DNA of 60,282 nucleotides, the filler included, from Porpidia crustulata (taxonomy: Eukaryota): NCBI GenBank assembly GCA_964255105.1. It is 2 parts of 2 records of this genome, joined end to end, with 100 filler letters (N's around TTAATTAATTAA, not from the genome) between each part and the next. Parts side by side here need not be neighbours in the genome. Positions count along the whole stretch, not along the records: positions 1 to 30,231 come from CAXUWE010000021.1; 1 more part is not named here. One strand, written 5' to 3'. The notes beneath the pieces were generated by a model. That model saw only the letters and a program-made list of their open reading frames with translations, made no database searches and had not been told where the DNA came from. Numbering within the stretch: the stretch's first letter is position 1; every line of letters starts with the position of its first letter. Positions 1 to 12,900 of the stretch are shown here, piece after piece. Made by a program: the position numbers and the translations under genes.

Positions 1-79
1 GAGATGGGCATTTGGGACAGCTTTGAGGGGGCATCAGAGTGGTGTGCGTATTAGCTGACTTTTTCTTTCGCTTGGATAG

Positions 80-147
80 GTAAAGCTAGGTTCCCTGGGG
101 GGAGGCTTGGAGGCGTGGGTGGTCATGGGAACAACTTCATGAACTAG
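80..147 (+). CDS. Possible terminal exon of a gene starting left of the window (..KARFPGGRLGGVGGHGNNFMN*)
   Basis: Branch-like GCTGAC, a pyrimidine tract and a TAG acceptor at 77-79 precede a short Gly-rich frame ending in TAG at 145-147. No family recognised. Confidence 0.3.
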
Positions 148-3096
148 ACCAGCTAGACTTTTGGATATGCCGCTGCAGGAACCTCGTCCCACTACCCTCG
201 CACACTTCTACTCTGTCAAGGCTCGAATCTACGAGGATCCGAAAGGGGCTTCCATCATATTGACTCCATGCACATACTCATGACGGTTTTTTTACTCGAA
301 CTTAGAGCTAATGTGTTCTATTAAACTATGTACGACCGAGCTAACATTCGCCTCAACGTCTCGCCAAAAATGGCAACCGGCGACACTACGAGCGACTTGG
401 CTGATGCTTGTTCACTTGCTTATCAGATGGGTTACAGGCGATTACATGATATTCTCGGTGCTTATAGTGCTGTTGCTGAGAGCGGTAGTGGTATTGGTCG
501 TCCACGATCATGCGCTGGGAAGCATAAAGCACCGACTGCTCGGAATCGTCGTTCCCCATTTGCCCTGAGCCTGGAGCCCTGGCTGCCCTCTCTCCAGAAC
601 GTAGCTAGCTCCCTGGACCGACGGCCATTGAATTTGTTTCCCGTGATACACAACTACCCTAGGTCACCGCAGTAATTTAATCTATCTACTAAAGGATAGT
701 CAGCCAATCAATGATCGATCCACTTACCAAAGGACAGCAAAGTTGAGCTCGTGCCGACTGATGTCGTGCATCTTTCTGAAATCTATTTTGATTGTGATTG
801 AGTGGTAGCAACCCGACTATCGCTCCTTGGCTTCCGGGTGGAGGACCACGAGGCCCCCAACCTTGAAATGTGGCATGGTTATGCTCTTCGACAAGGGGAA
901 TTCCACGCTTTGTGTTTGAAGGAGAGAGGATTTGGGCGAAGCGTTCAGGGTATGACGCGGAGTACCTCCAGGGTCTGAAGCTCAAGGCGCAATGACGACA
1001 GACGTCCCACGGCATCAACGTGGTGAAATGGGCGCGCAGGCACAATAGTAGACTCGTTCGATGCATTGACCATGTGTATAACTCATCAATAAGATATCAC
1101 CCAGATCCCTTGGCCGGCAATCTCATAGTGGATCATTGTCATGTTGGCTGATGAAAGGAAGGTAAGATGAAGCGGATGAGCTTCTCATAGGAGGAGAAAG
1201 CGGCATGGGGGGGCTGGAGCTACCTTACATTTATTTGCCTACTCTGTACGCGTACAGTGAGATGTGTACTGTGCTGAGGATGCATGTGACAGTTTCGACA
1301 TGTGCATCTCCAGAATTCAAATACGAAATCATCATCATCAATCGTCTGTTTTACATCTTGCTACCCTACCTAAGGTACTAGCAAGTGCGTGCCTGGTCGA
1401 ATCCCGAGCGTCTCGTAGCTTTCAGTGGAATCCTCACAGCGTCTGAGATAGCTCCAACTCGACCCGTGGTTGGCTGTCTTGATGTAACTCCTGATGAACC
1501 CCACTCGGACGGCGGCAAATGTGACGATTATGCTCTCGCATCCCAGAAGCTCCGCCAGTCTCAGCTGATGCTGCAAGAAATTTTAATTCCCTGCCTGCCT
1601 ACCGTGCTTACCTCCGTGCCTCCCTACTTCCCTACTGTATTAAGGTACTTACCTACGTACCGAGAGTTTTCCGTATCACGTGTACTTCACGCCTGACCTT
1701 CCGGCTCCACTGCCCACTTTGGTACCTACCTATCTAGATCCTAGACACCAATGGCAATGGCGCGCTGAAAACCACCGATTATTAACATTGATTACCCTCC
1801 ACTATGCAGCGCTAAACACTGCTCTCAGCCATATGGAAGCCCCAAGAAAACTCCGGTACCTGAGTATAGCATTCAGATATTTACGTACTACCACTATTGC
1901 TGTTCATCTGCTCTGGTCCCTGCATCGGACATATACACCGAGGGCAAGTTCAGGATGCTTCTCTCTAAAGTCTGCATTGTGCCGTACAAACCAATCCTCC
2001 TGCTCAGATGCTGTGCTATCTTGAGACCATATCTAGGTGCTACTACGGCTATGATACTACCTCGATCTTGCGAAGTCCATCACGGAACCCCTGTCTAGAG
2101 CGTTCGTGATACTTCAATCTGATATGGACTTGGCCGTACCTGGGAGATGGGAGGCCATCGTGTCTGTTGTGCTACAGCGGGTAGACAGAAAGTAACCTGC
2201 GATACATTAGTTGCTAAGATTATGTTTGCTCCCGAACCCATCATCGTCTGAGGTGCGTATCTCGGGCCTCGAGAGATACATCATCTTCAGTCCTTCAACG
2301 AATCCACATGGCTTCAAAGCTGCAGGAGTGGACTTTATCCTTCCGTCCCGCCCAATCGACGCATCGGTAATGAGAAGATATCGACCGGCAAGTGTTTTTT
2401 GGTTTACTAGAAAGCTTCACAGTCATAAGCAAAATTCCTCTCTACAATGTGAGGGGAAGTCTGCGAAACATGAATCTGGTATGTTTGTAGACAGCTATCC
2501 AGCACCTCTCAGTCTCATGGCGCATGCTTCAATTTATGCCTAGGCTTAGTGCGCAAGTTGGGTACTAAGTGACCCTGATCTCACACTGAAATAGGCATCA
2601 TGATCTATTCGTACTTGGACCATGGTGGGACTGTATCTTGTGTATTATGCAAGGAGCACAAGACGGCGTTTGCAGAGAATGGTCAGGACAATCGCCGAAA
2701 TGCGGGTTGCACAAACAGCTTCAAAGACAACAAGAACTGCACTATAGTGATAAGATCATGGAGCACATGCAGAGAAACCTGATTAGTGAATTTTGTACAT
2801 AGAGCTGTAAATACAGTCGGTGCTAGGCCGACCTGAATTGAGTCTTGCTCGCCAAATAGTATGTGTGAAGAAGTGCAAGAACACGATACCTTATCTATAC
2901 CGTACACCCCATATGATTAGAGGAACATCGCTCATGCAGCTTCGGGATTTCAGAAGACCAAATGTGTCGCTAAGATCGAACGTCTACTTATAGATATGGA
3001 GGAGAGAAGGGAGGTGATCGTTGTGGAAGCTCTCACGAGATACGGAGGGAACAGCCACACAAGTATCGAGACGGGTCGGAGCGGGTCGCGTTACAA

Positions 3097-4314
3097 TCAA
3101 ATTGGCACAGCCGGAGGAGCCAACCCTTTCTCTTGTTGGTCTATGACTTCTTCACCAGCGGCCTCAATGGAGATGGCCAATCCAATCTTGGCTTGTTGCT
3201 AGATGACCAAGGCAATTAGTACGTGTGTTCGTGCGATCAACAGCCGATCAAGAAACACGGAAAGGAATCAAGAATGCCGCGAGATTAGCTTACCTTGAAG
3301 TGATCCAGCTCTCCAGCAAACGTTAATTGTACTGGTGGAAGAACCCTTTTCTCCAGCATACAGCTCAACCGGCCTGAGCTATCGACCTGTGCCCTAAACG
3401 TCGACATCCTGAAATCGTATTTGGCGCCTAATGTGGTGGTCCCTTCTTTTCGCATCCCACTTCCCATCAGGCCCTTCCCGCCCATACCAGGCGCAAACTG
3501 TAGATTAAGGTCCACTCCTGCTTCTACCTTGTCGGTCAGCCTTCGCCAGTACGATGTGCTTACGCCACCTTGCGCCAGTATTTGCGCGCTGGCAATCCAA
3601 TCTGATCCTTTGTATTTTGCGCAATAGGAAACAGCGGCCTCAGGACTAGCGTTCAGTGCTGCCCGTGACCATACCGCCTCTACGCCGAGTGCAAGGCTTG
3701 GCGTCAAAGACTGAAGATAGCTGGCTATAAATATACCGCTCAAGCCTCCTTCTATAATCGATGGATTGATGGACTTGAGAGAAGCGGTGAAATCTTTGCC
3801 GGTTACATCATTATCCACCTGGAGCATGGCTTGACCTGGTCCAGGCGATATTTGTGCGTTTGTTTTCGTGACAAAGAAGTCATTCCACTTGTAGTTTGCC
3901 CTTGCCGAAAGCTGGCCGTCATTATCGATATTGCCTTGTAGAAAAACCTGGGCCCTCAATTAGCAAGGTCTTATCTTCATCGTCCGACTGTGTCCGTACC
4001 CTGGGCGTTCCATAGAACGCGGCAAATGTGTAAGGCGGAAGGCTTTGAGAGCCCATAGCAAAGGCATGCGAGACTTGAAAGAGAGGAGAGACACTGAAGG
4101 GTTTCGTAAGGTCCGCCCGTAGCCCAGTGAACATGTAATTATTGAGAAATACATCTTTCTGAACCTCCCGGGCGATGTTCTCGACCGTCCCCGGATTAGA
4201 GAGACCTAAAGCTTCTCGTCTCTCCGATATTGAAAAGTATGTTCTCGTGAGTGCTTGAACCAAGCCATTTTCACTTGGAATTGCAGGTGAGATCGAGAAT
4301 TTTCCATCGGCCAT
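3097..4314 (-). CDS. TOM40: Mitochondrial outer membrane translocase subunit Tom40 (3 exons)
   Basis: MADGK..RREALGLSNPGTVENIAREVQKDVFLNNYMFTGLRADLTK; exon 2 VFLQGNIDNDG..GAKYDFRMSTFRAQVDS; last exon QQAKIGLAISIEA..AVPI*. GT-AG introns near 3950-4000 and 3200-3293. Confidence 0.96.
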
Positions 4315-4775
4315 TTTCCAAATACAGGACAGCGAATCTGGAACCCTAAGATATAAGTTCCTAACACAGGTAGCTACTGGTTGAATGATACCCAGGCGAT
4401 GGAGCGGGCGCAGAAAAGACCTCTTGGAAACTTCGATTTGCACAGCTGAGCGTGTGGATCTGGTCGTGCAGGTCTGCGAACTATTTTTTGGGACATGTAC
4501 CTACCTTATTGGTTGACGTACGGGTAGGGCTCCTGGATGATGATTTGCACATAGTGACATCCCAGCTCACCGGAGCTTATCGAGCCTTTGGATATCGATA
4601 AGCCAATGAGCTACTCGTGCTACTATATCTACAATAAAGCAAATAACTCGTCTAACCTCCACGGGGACGACTTCGTAAAGAGCATGTATGAACGGTAGGT
4701 TGTTTTATTCCGAAATTGCTCTGATATCGCTGGTTCCATTTCTATCCTAGAGTAGAGAGACAGGTTTCCTTAACC

Positions 4776-6510
4776 ATGGATACCTTGCTGTAAGTGGTGT
4801 TGTCCTCCACTCCAAGGCGTCGATGACATCTCCGAATTCATTGGCTGCCTAAGTACTCGAGCAAGCTGATTGTTATTACGTAGGACTGCTGACGTCGCTG
4901 CAAATTCTCCCCGGTTTCGCCGAAAGTCAAGCACATTCGTGGATGCCATTCATGATCTCCCAGCTAGAGAAGAATTGGCGCCAGCACAGCTGTATAGTAC
5001 TGAGTCTGGTCGCCTGTTCCACTCGGGTCGGATAGCTATAATCACCGTTGGCTTACCCGCGAGAGGTAAAACTCATATATCTGTAGCTCTAGCCAGATAT
5101 CTAAGGTGGCTTGGGGTAAAGACCCGTGTTTTCCATCTTGGGGATTACAGGAGAGAAAATGTCGGGCCCGGGCAAGACGTTCCAGACGATTATTTCTTTG
5201 TCAACGCATCTGCTAGCTCAGTGCTGCTTCGCCAAAAGATTCTGAAGAAATGCCGGGATGACATCTACCACTTTTTGAACCATGAAAATGGGCAGATTGC
5301 TATATACGATGCTGTCAATCCGCTTACAGCAGGCCGTCGATCTCTTGCCAAAGAATTTGCCAAGCATGACGTTGACACCCTTTTCATTGAGTCAGCTTGC
5401 GATGACGAGCGAATCATTGAAGAGAATGTCCGAAACGTAAAGATATCATCTCCCGATTACATCGGTTGGTCATCTGATGATGCCGTGAAGCACTACCTTG
5501 CGAGGATGGCTGCGAAAATACCACACTTCGAGACAATGGAAGAATCCGAGCTCAACTATATCAAGATGATTAACGCTGGGGAGCGCTTGACGGTGAACAA
5601 TTGTTCCTTTGGTTACCTTTCTTATAGGATTGTGTTCTATCTTCTGAACTTGCACATAAAATCAAGGCACACGTATTTTGTAAGAGCTGGTCCCTCTAGA
5701 GAGGAGGATTCATACAAGGCCGATGCTTCTCTTTCCGAGGCAGGAATCGAGTATTCACGGAAAATGGGCGAAGCTTTAATCCGTCATAGAGAAGCGGAGA
5801 GGCAAGCTCTCATTGATCGTGGGGGGCCAGATGTACCATTGAAGCTTCTGACAATCTGGACTTCAACCCGGCGCAGGACAATTGAGACATCACAGTACTT
5901 GTACGGACTCGGATACCGAGTACGTCAACGATCTCAGATGAGTCAACTAAACCCTGGAATATGTGAAAAGATGTCAGAAAAGAAAATTAGGGCGCTATTT
6001 CCCGAAGAGGTTTCCAAACACGAGGCAGACCCCTATCATCACCGGTACCCAAGAGCGGAATCATATCACGATCTTGCCGTTCGACTTGAACCAATCATTC
6101 TAGAACTTGAAAGGGAACAGAATGACCTCCTTATAATTGCCCACGAGAGCGTCCTTCGAGTTCTGTACGGATATCTCATGGCTTGCAATGCCGCTGACAT
6201 ACCTAGCCTTTCGTTTCCCAGAAATGAGATTATCGAAATTATTCCAGCCAGCTACAATAATGAAGCCAGACGAATCATGATACCTGATTTGCCCAATCAT
6301 ACCATTCCTGGTTCCCCTGAAGACCTCAAGATTCCTGTTCCTCCAAGCCTACCCCCAAGTGGCGCAGTCACGCCAATGAGGTTGGATACTCCCAAAACGG
6401 GGACAAACACCCCCAGGATGTCAACTGGGTCGCCCCAAAACGGCGTATTGACTCCACCTGAGCCTGGGGATGGAGCTCATTTGCTTGTTGAAAGGGCATT
6501 GAGAGATTGA
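4776..6510 (+). CDS. 6-phosphofructo-2-kinase/fructose-2,6-bisphosphatase family protein (yeast YLR345W-like)
   Basis: P-loop VGLPARGKT, RYLRWLG, RYPRAESY, IAHESVLR. ATG 4776 followed by a GTAAGT..TAG intron (4790-4883). A further in-frame ATG at 4684 via another intron is possible. Confidence 0.9.
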
Positions 6511-7177
6511 AAGCTGCGCCACTTACTCCGCTATGGTTGTTAACATTGAGGGGAGCGTAACCTGGAATAACAGAGAATCGGACAGAGACATTGGATGGCA
6601 AGGTACGGGACAGGCAGCAGCATAGCGCTACCGAGTCCTAACAAGACATGGGCTTCTAGCCCCCGTGGAGCGTAGACACGAACAGAATATTATCGCCCTT
6701 CTTCAGCTCATAATGATCTTCGCCTTCTAGCTCCCAGTCGGCGTCGTTGATAAGGACAAGGATTCCAGGGCGCCTGAAGGTCTGTCAGACCCATACATGC
6801 ATCCTCAGTGTGGGATATACACTGTGCCATTCACAATGAATAGCTCGCTTCTTGGGTCTCTCATCAAGTGCTGACACAGATAACGCACGAGGAAGGCTAG
6901 GTTGGCAGTCTGTCCATCTTCGTCAGTCGATGGTATATGTAGTTGGTGTTTCCGTTTATTGGAGAACAGCAGTTCGAGGCCACCACTGGTAGAGGTTAGT
7001 TATAAGTGTGAGCTCTATAGAGAGATGCGTGTATACGTAAACTCAATGGTAATTGCAATGTCGCTGTGAGCATCTGCCATTATGTACCTAAGGGGCTGCG
7101 ATGGTCTGACCAGGAATTGAAACGGTCATCTTCCGACTCCAACACACCGTAAGGGCCTCTACTGATAAGATAATAGA

Positions 7178-7273
7178 TACTCGGTTTTACCCAGCAACGG
7201 GCCAGTACCAGCCAAAATTCATTTAAAGCCCTAACCCTAGGTGGGTCAGCCCGTTGCTGGGTAAAAAGCAGTA
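7178..7273. repeat. Short inverted-repeat element (MITE-like hairpin)
   Basis: TTTTACCCAGCAACGGGC (7185-7202) is the exact reverse complement of GCCCGTTGCTGGGTAAAA (7249-7266). Outer ends are TACT..AGTA. Confidence 0.6.
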
Positions 7274-7441
7274 CACCGTAGCCGAGCGTGATTACAAGCG
7301 AAACCCTAAGCTGTCCTCAGCCCAAGGGTGACATAGGGGATACATGTAGAGCTCTGCTTCCAAGCTCCACTACTCTCACTGAATCTGCCCTTTTTCGTAC
7401 CTTTATGCTATTGAGGACCCATTGCAACTGGGTCGTCTTTG

Positions 7442-10017
7442 ATGAATCCTTTTATATGCGAGTATATCGCTGCGGGTGGCAATAGGCACCCAGCAGCTGC
7501 AGACTGGAACGCTAGCAATGGACTCGTAGCCTATGGATCAGACAGAAACATAGCCCTTTGGAAGCCATCGGTATTTGAATTTGCCAATTCCAAGTACCAA
7601 AAACGCTCATCGTTAAATTAGAATGATGCAGGCCAAGGCATATATGCCCTATTGAGTGGTCATTTAGACAAAGTCTGTGCTGTGAGGTTTTTTCCATCAT
7701 CACGGGACACAGCTCAAATACTGCTGAGCGGATCCGTGGACAGGACCGTCAGAATATGGCAGGCTCAACATGTTCCCACAGCGAGCTTCAAAGAAGCTGT
7801 TGTTCTCAAAGGTCACGGCAGTACTGTCAATTGCCTAGGTGTTGCATCTAGAACAGACATCTTCGCAACAGGATCGGCGGATGCAACAATCAAAATATGG
7901 AAGCTTTCACGGCAAGGCGAATCCATTTTGGCGGAACCGATACAGACTATTGAGACTAATCCTCGATTCTTTCCCTTGGCATTGGCATTGAGTGAGATCC
8001 CATCAACTGCGGATGTTGTACTTGCTGTGGCAGGGACAAAGCCCTTTGTTCAAATCTACACAAAAGAAGTAGAGGGCCAATTTGACCACCAAGCTACATT
8101 ACCAGGGCATGAAGCTTGGATTCGTTCGTTGGCAATTACCTGGGAAATTAAGGCGTCCAGTAGTGATTTGCTATTAGCATCCGCAAGTCAGGACAAGTAC
8201 ATAAGGCTTTGGCGAATCCACAACGAAGAAAAGTATCCGAATTCCTTGGGGAAAGCGAAGGATGACATGGCGGGGAGCTTCGAGAAGTTACTAACAAATA
8301 AGTCACACAAGCTCACTACTCCGAGCAGTTCCTATTCGGTCACTTTCGAAGCACTCTTACTTGGTCATGAGGACTGGATCTACACTGTATCATGGAGTGG
8401 GATTGATAGAGGCCTAAAGTTACTTTCAGCATCAGCAGATAGCTCATTGGCAATTTGGCAACCTGACGCTGACTCAGGTATATGGGTTTGCACGACACGT
8501 CTTGGTGAGATCAGCGCGCAAAAAGGGTCAACCACAGCGACTGGCAGTACCGGAGGGTTCTGGATTGGACTTTGGTCCCCAGGTGGTGATACTGTGATTA
8601 GTCTTGGTAGGACTGGTAGCTGGAGACGGTGGATTTATGACAGAGACCAAGCTCGCTGGATACAAGGTATCGGCGTGAGCGGTCACACAAGGTCCTTGAT
8701 GGACGTCGCCTGGGCAAAAGATGGCACGTACTTACTATCGACCGGATCGGACCAGACTACAAGACTGCATGCTGAATGGAGGCGGGATTCCGGAAACTCA
8801 TGGCATGAATTTGGCCGACCCCAGATCCATGGATATGATTTGAATTGCATAGATTTTGTCGGCCGATCTCAATTCATATCTGGGGCTGACGAGAAGCTCC
8901 TTCGTGTGTTCAACGAGCCCAAAGCTACTGCTGATCTGCTACGTAAGCTATGTGGGATTGAAATGCCAAGTGACCAGGAACTACCCGAGGCTGCAAATAT
9001 CCCAATGTTAGGCCTATCTAACAAAGCAGTTGAAAGTCTCGAGGCTAAGACTCATGTCGCTGATGACGAAACATGTGAGCATGAAGCCCCGGATCCCGCA
9101 CCTATCATATCCGTCGGTAATGACAGCTTTAACCATCCACCATTTGAAGACCAGCTCTCAAGACTTACCCTATGGCCTGAGCGAGAAAAGCTGTACGGTC
9201 ACGGCTATGAGATCTCTGCTGTCACAGCAAGCTACGACGGTTTCATCGTTGCCACAGCTTGTAAAGCAAGTTCGATAGATCATGCGGTAATTCGTTTGTA
9301 CGAAACAAACACCTGGCGAGAAGTCAAGCCTGCTCTTACCGTACACACCCTCACCGTCACATGTTTATGCTTCTCTCAAGACGATAGATTGCTGCTAAGT
9401 GTTGGTCGCGATAGACAATGGGCCGTATTCGAGAGAAATGAGACTGAACGAGGGAAATATGACCTCAAAGAATCTAACTCGAAGGGCCACTCAAGGATGG
9501 TTCTAAGCGCTGGCTGGGCGCCACTTGAGGCTGGAAGAGTCTTTGTAACCGTAGGTAGGGACAAGATGTTGAAAATGTGGAAAATGCAACCCAGTGGAGC
9601 AGAATGCAAGAGCACTCTTAACGCAACATCACCGATCACATCGGTCGACATTCACCCCCGCATAATCCGCGACAGCCTTCATGTAGCATTCGGAATCGAG
9701 GATGGGGAGGTTCGTGTCGATACATGTAGCAGCTCTACTCTGAAATTTCAGCAAACTTATGTGCTTGGAGGATCGTAAGTTGCTCTGCTAGATAACGCCT
9801 TGGTCCGAGAGATGCTGACGGTTCTAGCCTTCGGCCACCAAGGTCTGTCACGCAAGTGGCATGGCGACCACTGATGCCCTATCTGACTCCTGATAATCAG
9901 AGCGGCCAGCAGATGAAAGGTCGTGATACGCACCTAGCTGTGGCTAGCGAGGACGGTTCCTTGCGACTGTTCTCCGTGAGTGTTCCTTTTGAAGGTCAAG
10001 ATTCACCGTACTCCTAA
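7442..10017 (+). CDS. ELP2: Elongator complex subunit Elp2 (WD40 repeats; 3 exons)
   Basis: YIAAGGNRHP, SASQDKYIRLW, FEALLLGHEDW, WHEFGRPQIHGYD, TLWPEREKLYGHGYE. Last exon LAVASEDGSLRLFSV..TAA at 10017. Confidence 0.96.
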
Positions 10018-10154
10018 GCCCCCAAGATTCAATGGTACGCTGAGTACTTAGCTATCTAAAGCAGACCCACCATAGATGCCCATCAACCATGCGAGGCGCT
10101 GGATTCTATTCTAGTCGTCTATATGTTGAATACGCGTAGTAAATCTATCTGCTT

Positions 10155-11059
10155 CTATACTCTCTTCTCATTCCCGTATCCCCCCTTGCCTTCCAGACTT
10201 TCATATGTCTTTCCCTCTCCACTCAGCCCTTGCCTCGGCCCCCGATCTTTCAAATCATCCTTTAACCACTCGAGAACTAGTTCTCCCAACTGACTATTTC
10301 CACTCTTCTGCACAGCACTGATATCAAATTTCTCCATACTGCCCCATTCCTTCACCAGGCCCATGTGCATATGCACCAAATGCGTTGGCCATTGCGCTAA
10401 ATTATCCAAAATATGCGTTGCATACACAATCGTGCAAGCTCGAAGCTCGGTCTCGCACTTCAGGAATGCCAGGAAATTACTCCTCGTCAACAGGTCCAAA
10501 TCGACGGTGATCTCATCGAGCAACAGTACTCGCCACGGTCGGAGCAAACCCATTGCCAGTTGGACTCGTCTCCTCTCGCCATCACTGACGGCGTGCATGC
10601 GCCACGCTAGATCGATATCCAGGATCTCGACCAGCTCGTCTCGGCGTACGGAATAGTAGTTGCCGCCCACGGATGCAAGCAAAGTGGGGACATCAATGTC
10701 CGTGCGTACGATCGGGTTCAGCACCCATTCGAGGCCAAGATATGTGACTCCTTCAAGGCCGTCTTTGAAGGGGTCGACGCCGGCAATACTGACGGTTCCG
10801 GTGGGGGCGAGCCGTTTGCCAGAGAGGAGGCGTAGGAGCGTGGTTTTGCCGGCGCCATTGGCTTTGTCAGGTATTAGACTCTGTATTCACCAGAAGAGAC
10901 TGAACAAGCATTACCCCCGATCAGTAATGTCCGGCTCCCTGGCGGCAGGTCGAGGATCACGTTCCTGAGACCTGAGGAGCCGTCTGGAAAGCCGTAGGAG
11001 AGGGATTTGACATCGATTGATGGCGCTATATCTTTGGACACGCCATTTGGCTCTGACAT
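10155..11059 (-). CDS. CAF16: CCR4-associated soluble ABC ATPase Caf16 (2 exons)
   Basis: [26 protein letters not shown]alker A across an intron, [34 protein letters not shown]. No transmembrane domain. Confidence 0.92.
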
Positions 11060-11420
11060 TTGATCTGATTGGGAGCTTTTTGAGGATGCCTTGTGGGACC
11101 CTGAGTAAGATGATTCAATCGAAGTACAAATATTGGTCATCTACAAGTAGAGTAATGTTGAGATGCTGAGATGTATTCTTGGTGGGAATCAAGACCCTTG
11201 TAGACCCTTGAATGACGTTCCGCTCTCACCCCTCAGCGGACCACATGCCTGCGCTAAGGCAATGTCCCGCTAATTAGATTAGATCTTCGGGATATCCAAC
11301 CACCAACTTCGAGATCCAACCCTTTAATTCCGCGAAAAGGTCATTCATACTCCCTCATCCCTCTAGTAAAACACGCGTAATTGGAGTTGATAGAAGACCC
11401 GACTATCCGAGGTCTCTTGC

Positions 11421-12900
11421 ATGCTCCGTCAAGCTATACGACATGTGTCGATGTCACGCATAAGCCCGCAGCATCCATTGATTGCAATCGTTGGTGCTAC
11501 AGGAACCGGCAAATCCAAGGTTGGTCCTCTGCCTTACTTGTGCGTTCAATCATGGCATTGACGTTTCAAAGCTTGCTGTTGCCCTAGCTGAGCGCTACAA
11601 TGGTGAGATCATCAATGGCGACGCGCTCCAGATGTATGACGGACTGCCCGTGGTGACGAATAAAATCCCAGTTGAGGAAAGAAGATCCATACCGCATCAC
11701 TTGCTCGGATGTGTGAATTTAGACGACGAACCCTGGAGCGTGGGAAAATTCAAAGACAAAGCCGTCAAGATTATAGAAGAAATCAGGTCACGAGGTAAGG
11801 TACCGATACTCGTAGGCGGCACACATTACTACACACAATCTCTTCTTTTCAAAGACTTTATGATCGAGGACGAATCTAAAGGAGACACCAACATTCCCAC
11901 AAAATCACAGGAGGAGATCTGGCCAATATTGGTAGCAAGCACAGAAGAGATGTTATCAGAACTCGAAAAAGTCGATCCGATCATGGCCGCACGGTGGCAT
12001 CCAAAAGATCGCAGGAGGATCAGGCGTAGTCTTGAAATATGGTATATGATCGGCAGGAGAGCGTCCGACATTTACAATGAACAGAAAGCGCAGAGAACAG
12101 TCAGCACGATTGACCTTAACCTTGACGATGGGGTTTTGAACAATAACGCTGTTAGCAGTACGAGACATTTTTTGGTCTCTCCATTGCGCTACGATTCTCT
12201 AGTTTTATGGACTTATTCAGCTGGAGCAGAGCTAAAGTCAAGACTCGATGAGCGTGTGGACACGATGTTGGATAACGGGCTGATCCCAGAAGTGAGGTCG
12301 ATGCATGCCCTCATTCGCGATCTCAAATCTGAAAACAGATCCCCAGATATCACTAAGGGTATTTGGATTGCCATCGGCTATAAAGAATTCGTTCCCTACC
12401 TCAAGGCTCAACAGAACCCCCGTACATCCCCGAAGAGCTGTGAGCCTCTGAAATTGGAAGGGATTGCCAAGACCAAAGACCATATACGCCAATACGCTAA
12501 ACGACAGGTCCGATGGATCCGCTTGAAACTGATCCATGCCCTCCAATTCAGCAATCTCACGCGCTCGCTCTTCCTCCTCAACACTTCAGATCTCTCCGTC
12601 TGGTCTCACGACGTGGAAGGTCGAGCCGGTGAGCTTGTATCGGCTTTCATAGCGGGCGAGCCTCTACCGGACCCAATTTCGCTCTCCCAAGCGGCAGAGA
12701 CTATGTTGCAGCCAAGCAAAAAGGAGGAGATGTTTGCAAGATACTGTAAAGCGTGCGCAAAAACGCTCATGACGGAAAGCGAGTGGGAGAGGCACCTTCG
12801 AAGTAAGAAACACAAGAAAGGACGGAGGACTGAGTATAAAAAGGAACGCTCCCTGTCGGCAAGCGGGAATCGGCCTACTCACACACACGATTCAGACTAA
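11421..12900 (+). CDS. MOD5: tRNA dimethylallyltransferase (tRNA-IPT) with C-terminal zinc finger
   Basis: Exon 1 IAIVGATGTGKSK, intron 11520-11571, GEIINGDALQMY, PILVGGTHYY, WHPKDRRRIRRSLE, C-terminal CKAC..HLRSKKH. Confidence 0.95.

Noticed and set aside
148..3000. Short ORFs at 311-2907
   Set aside because: No recognisable motifs or coherent exon structure; treated as intergenic.
7225..7242. Telomerase RNA template or telomere (CCCTAACCCTAG)
   Set aside because: Only about two repeats, inside a short hairpin in a ~0.9-kb intergenic gap; no other supporting structure was seen.
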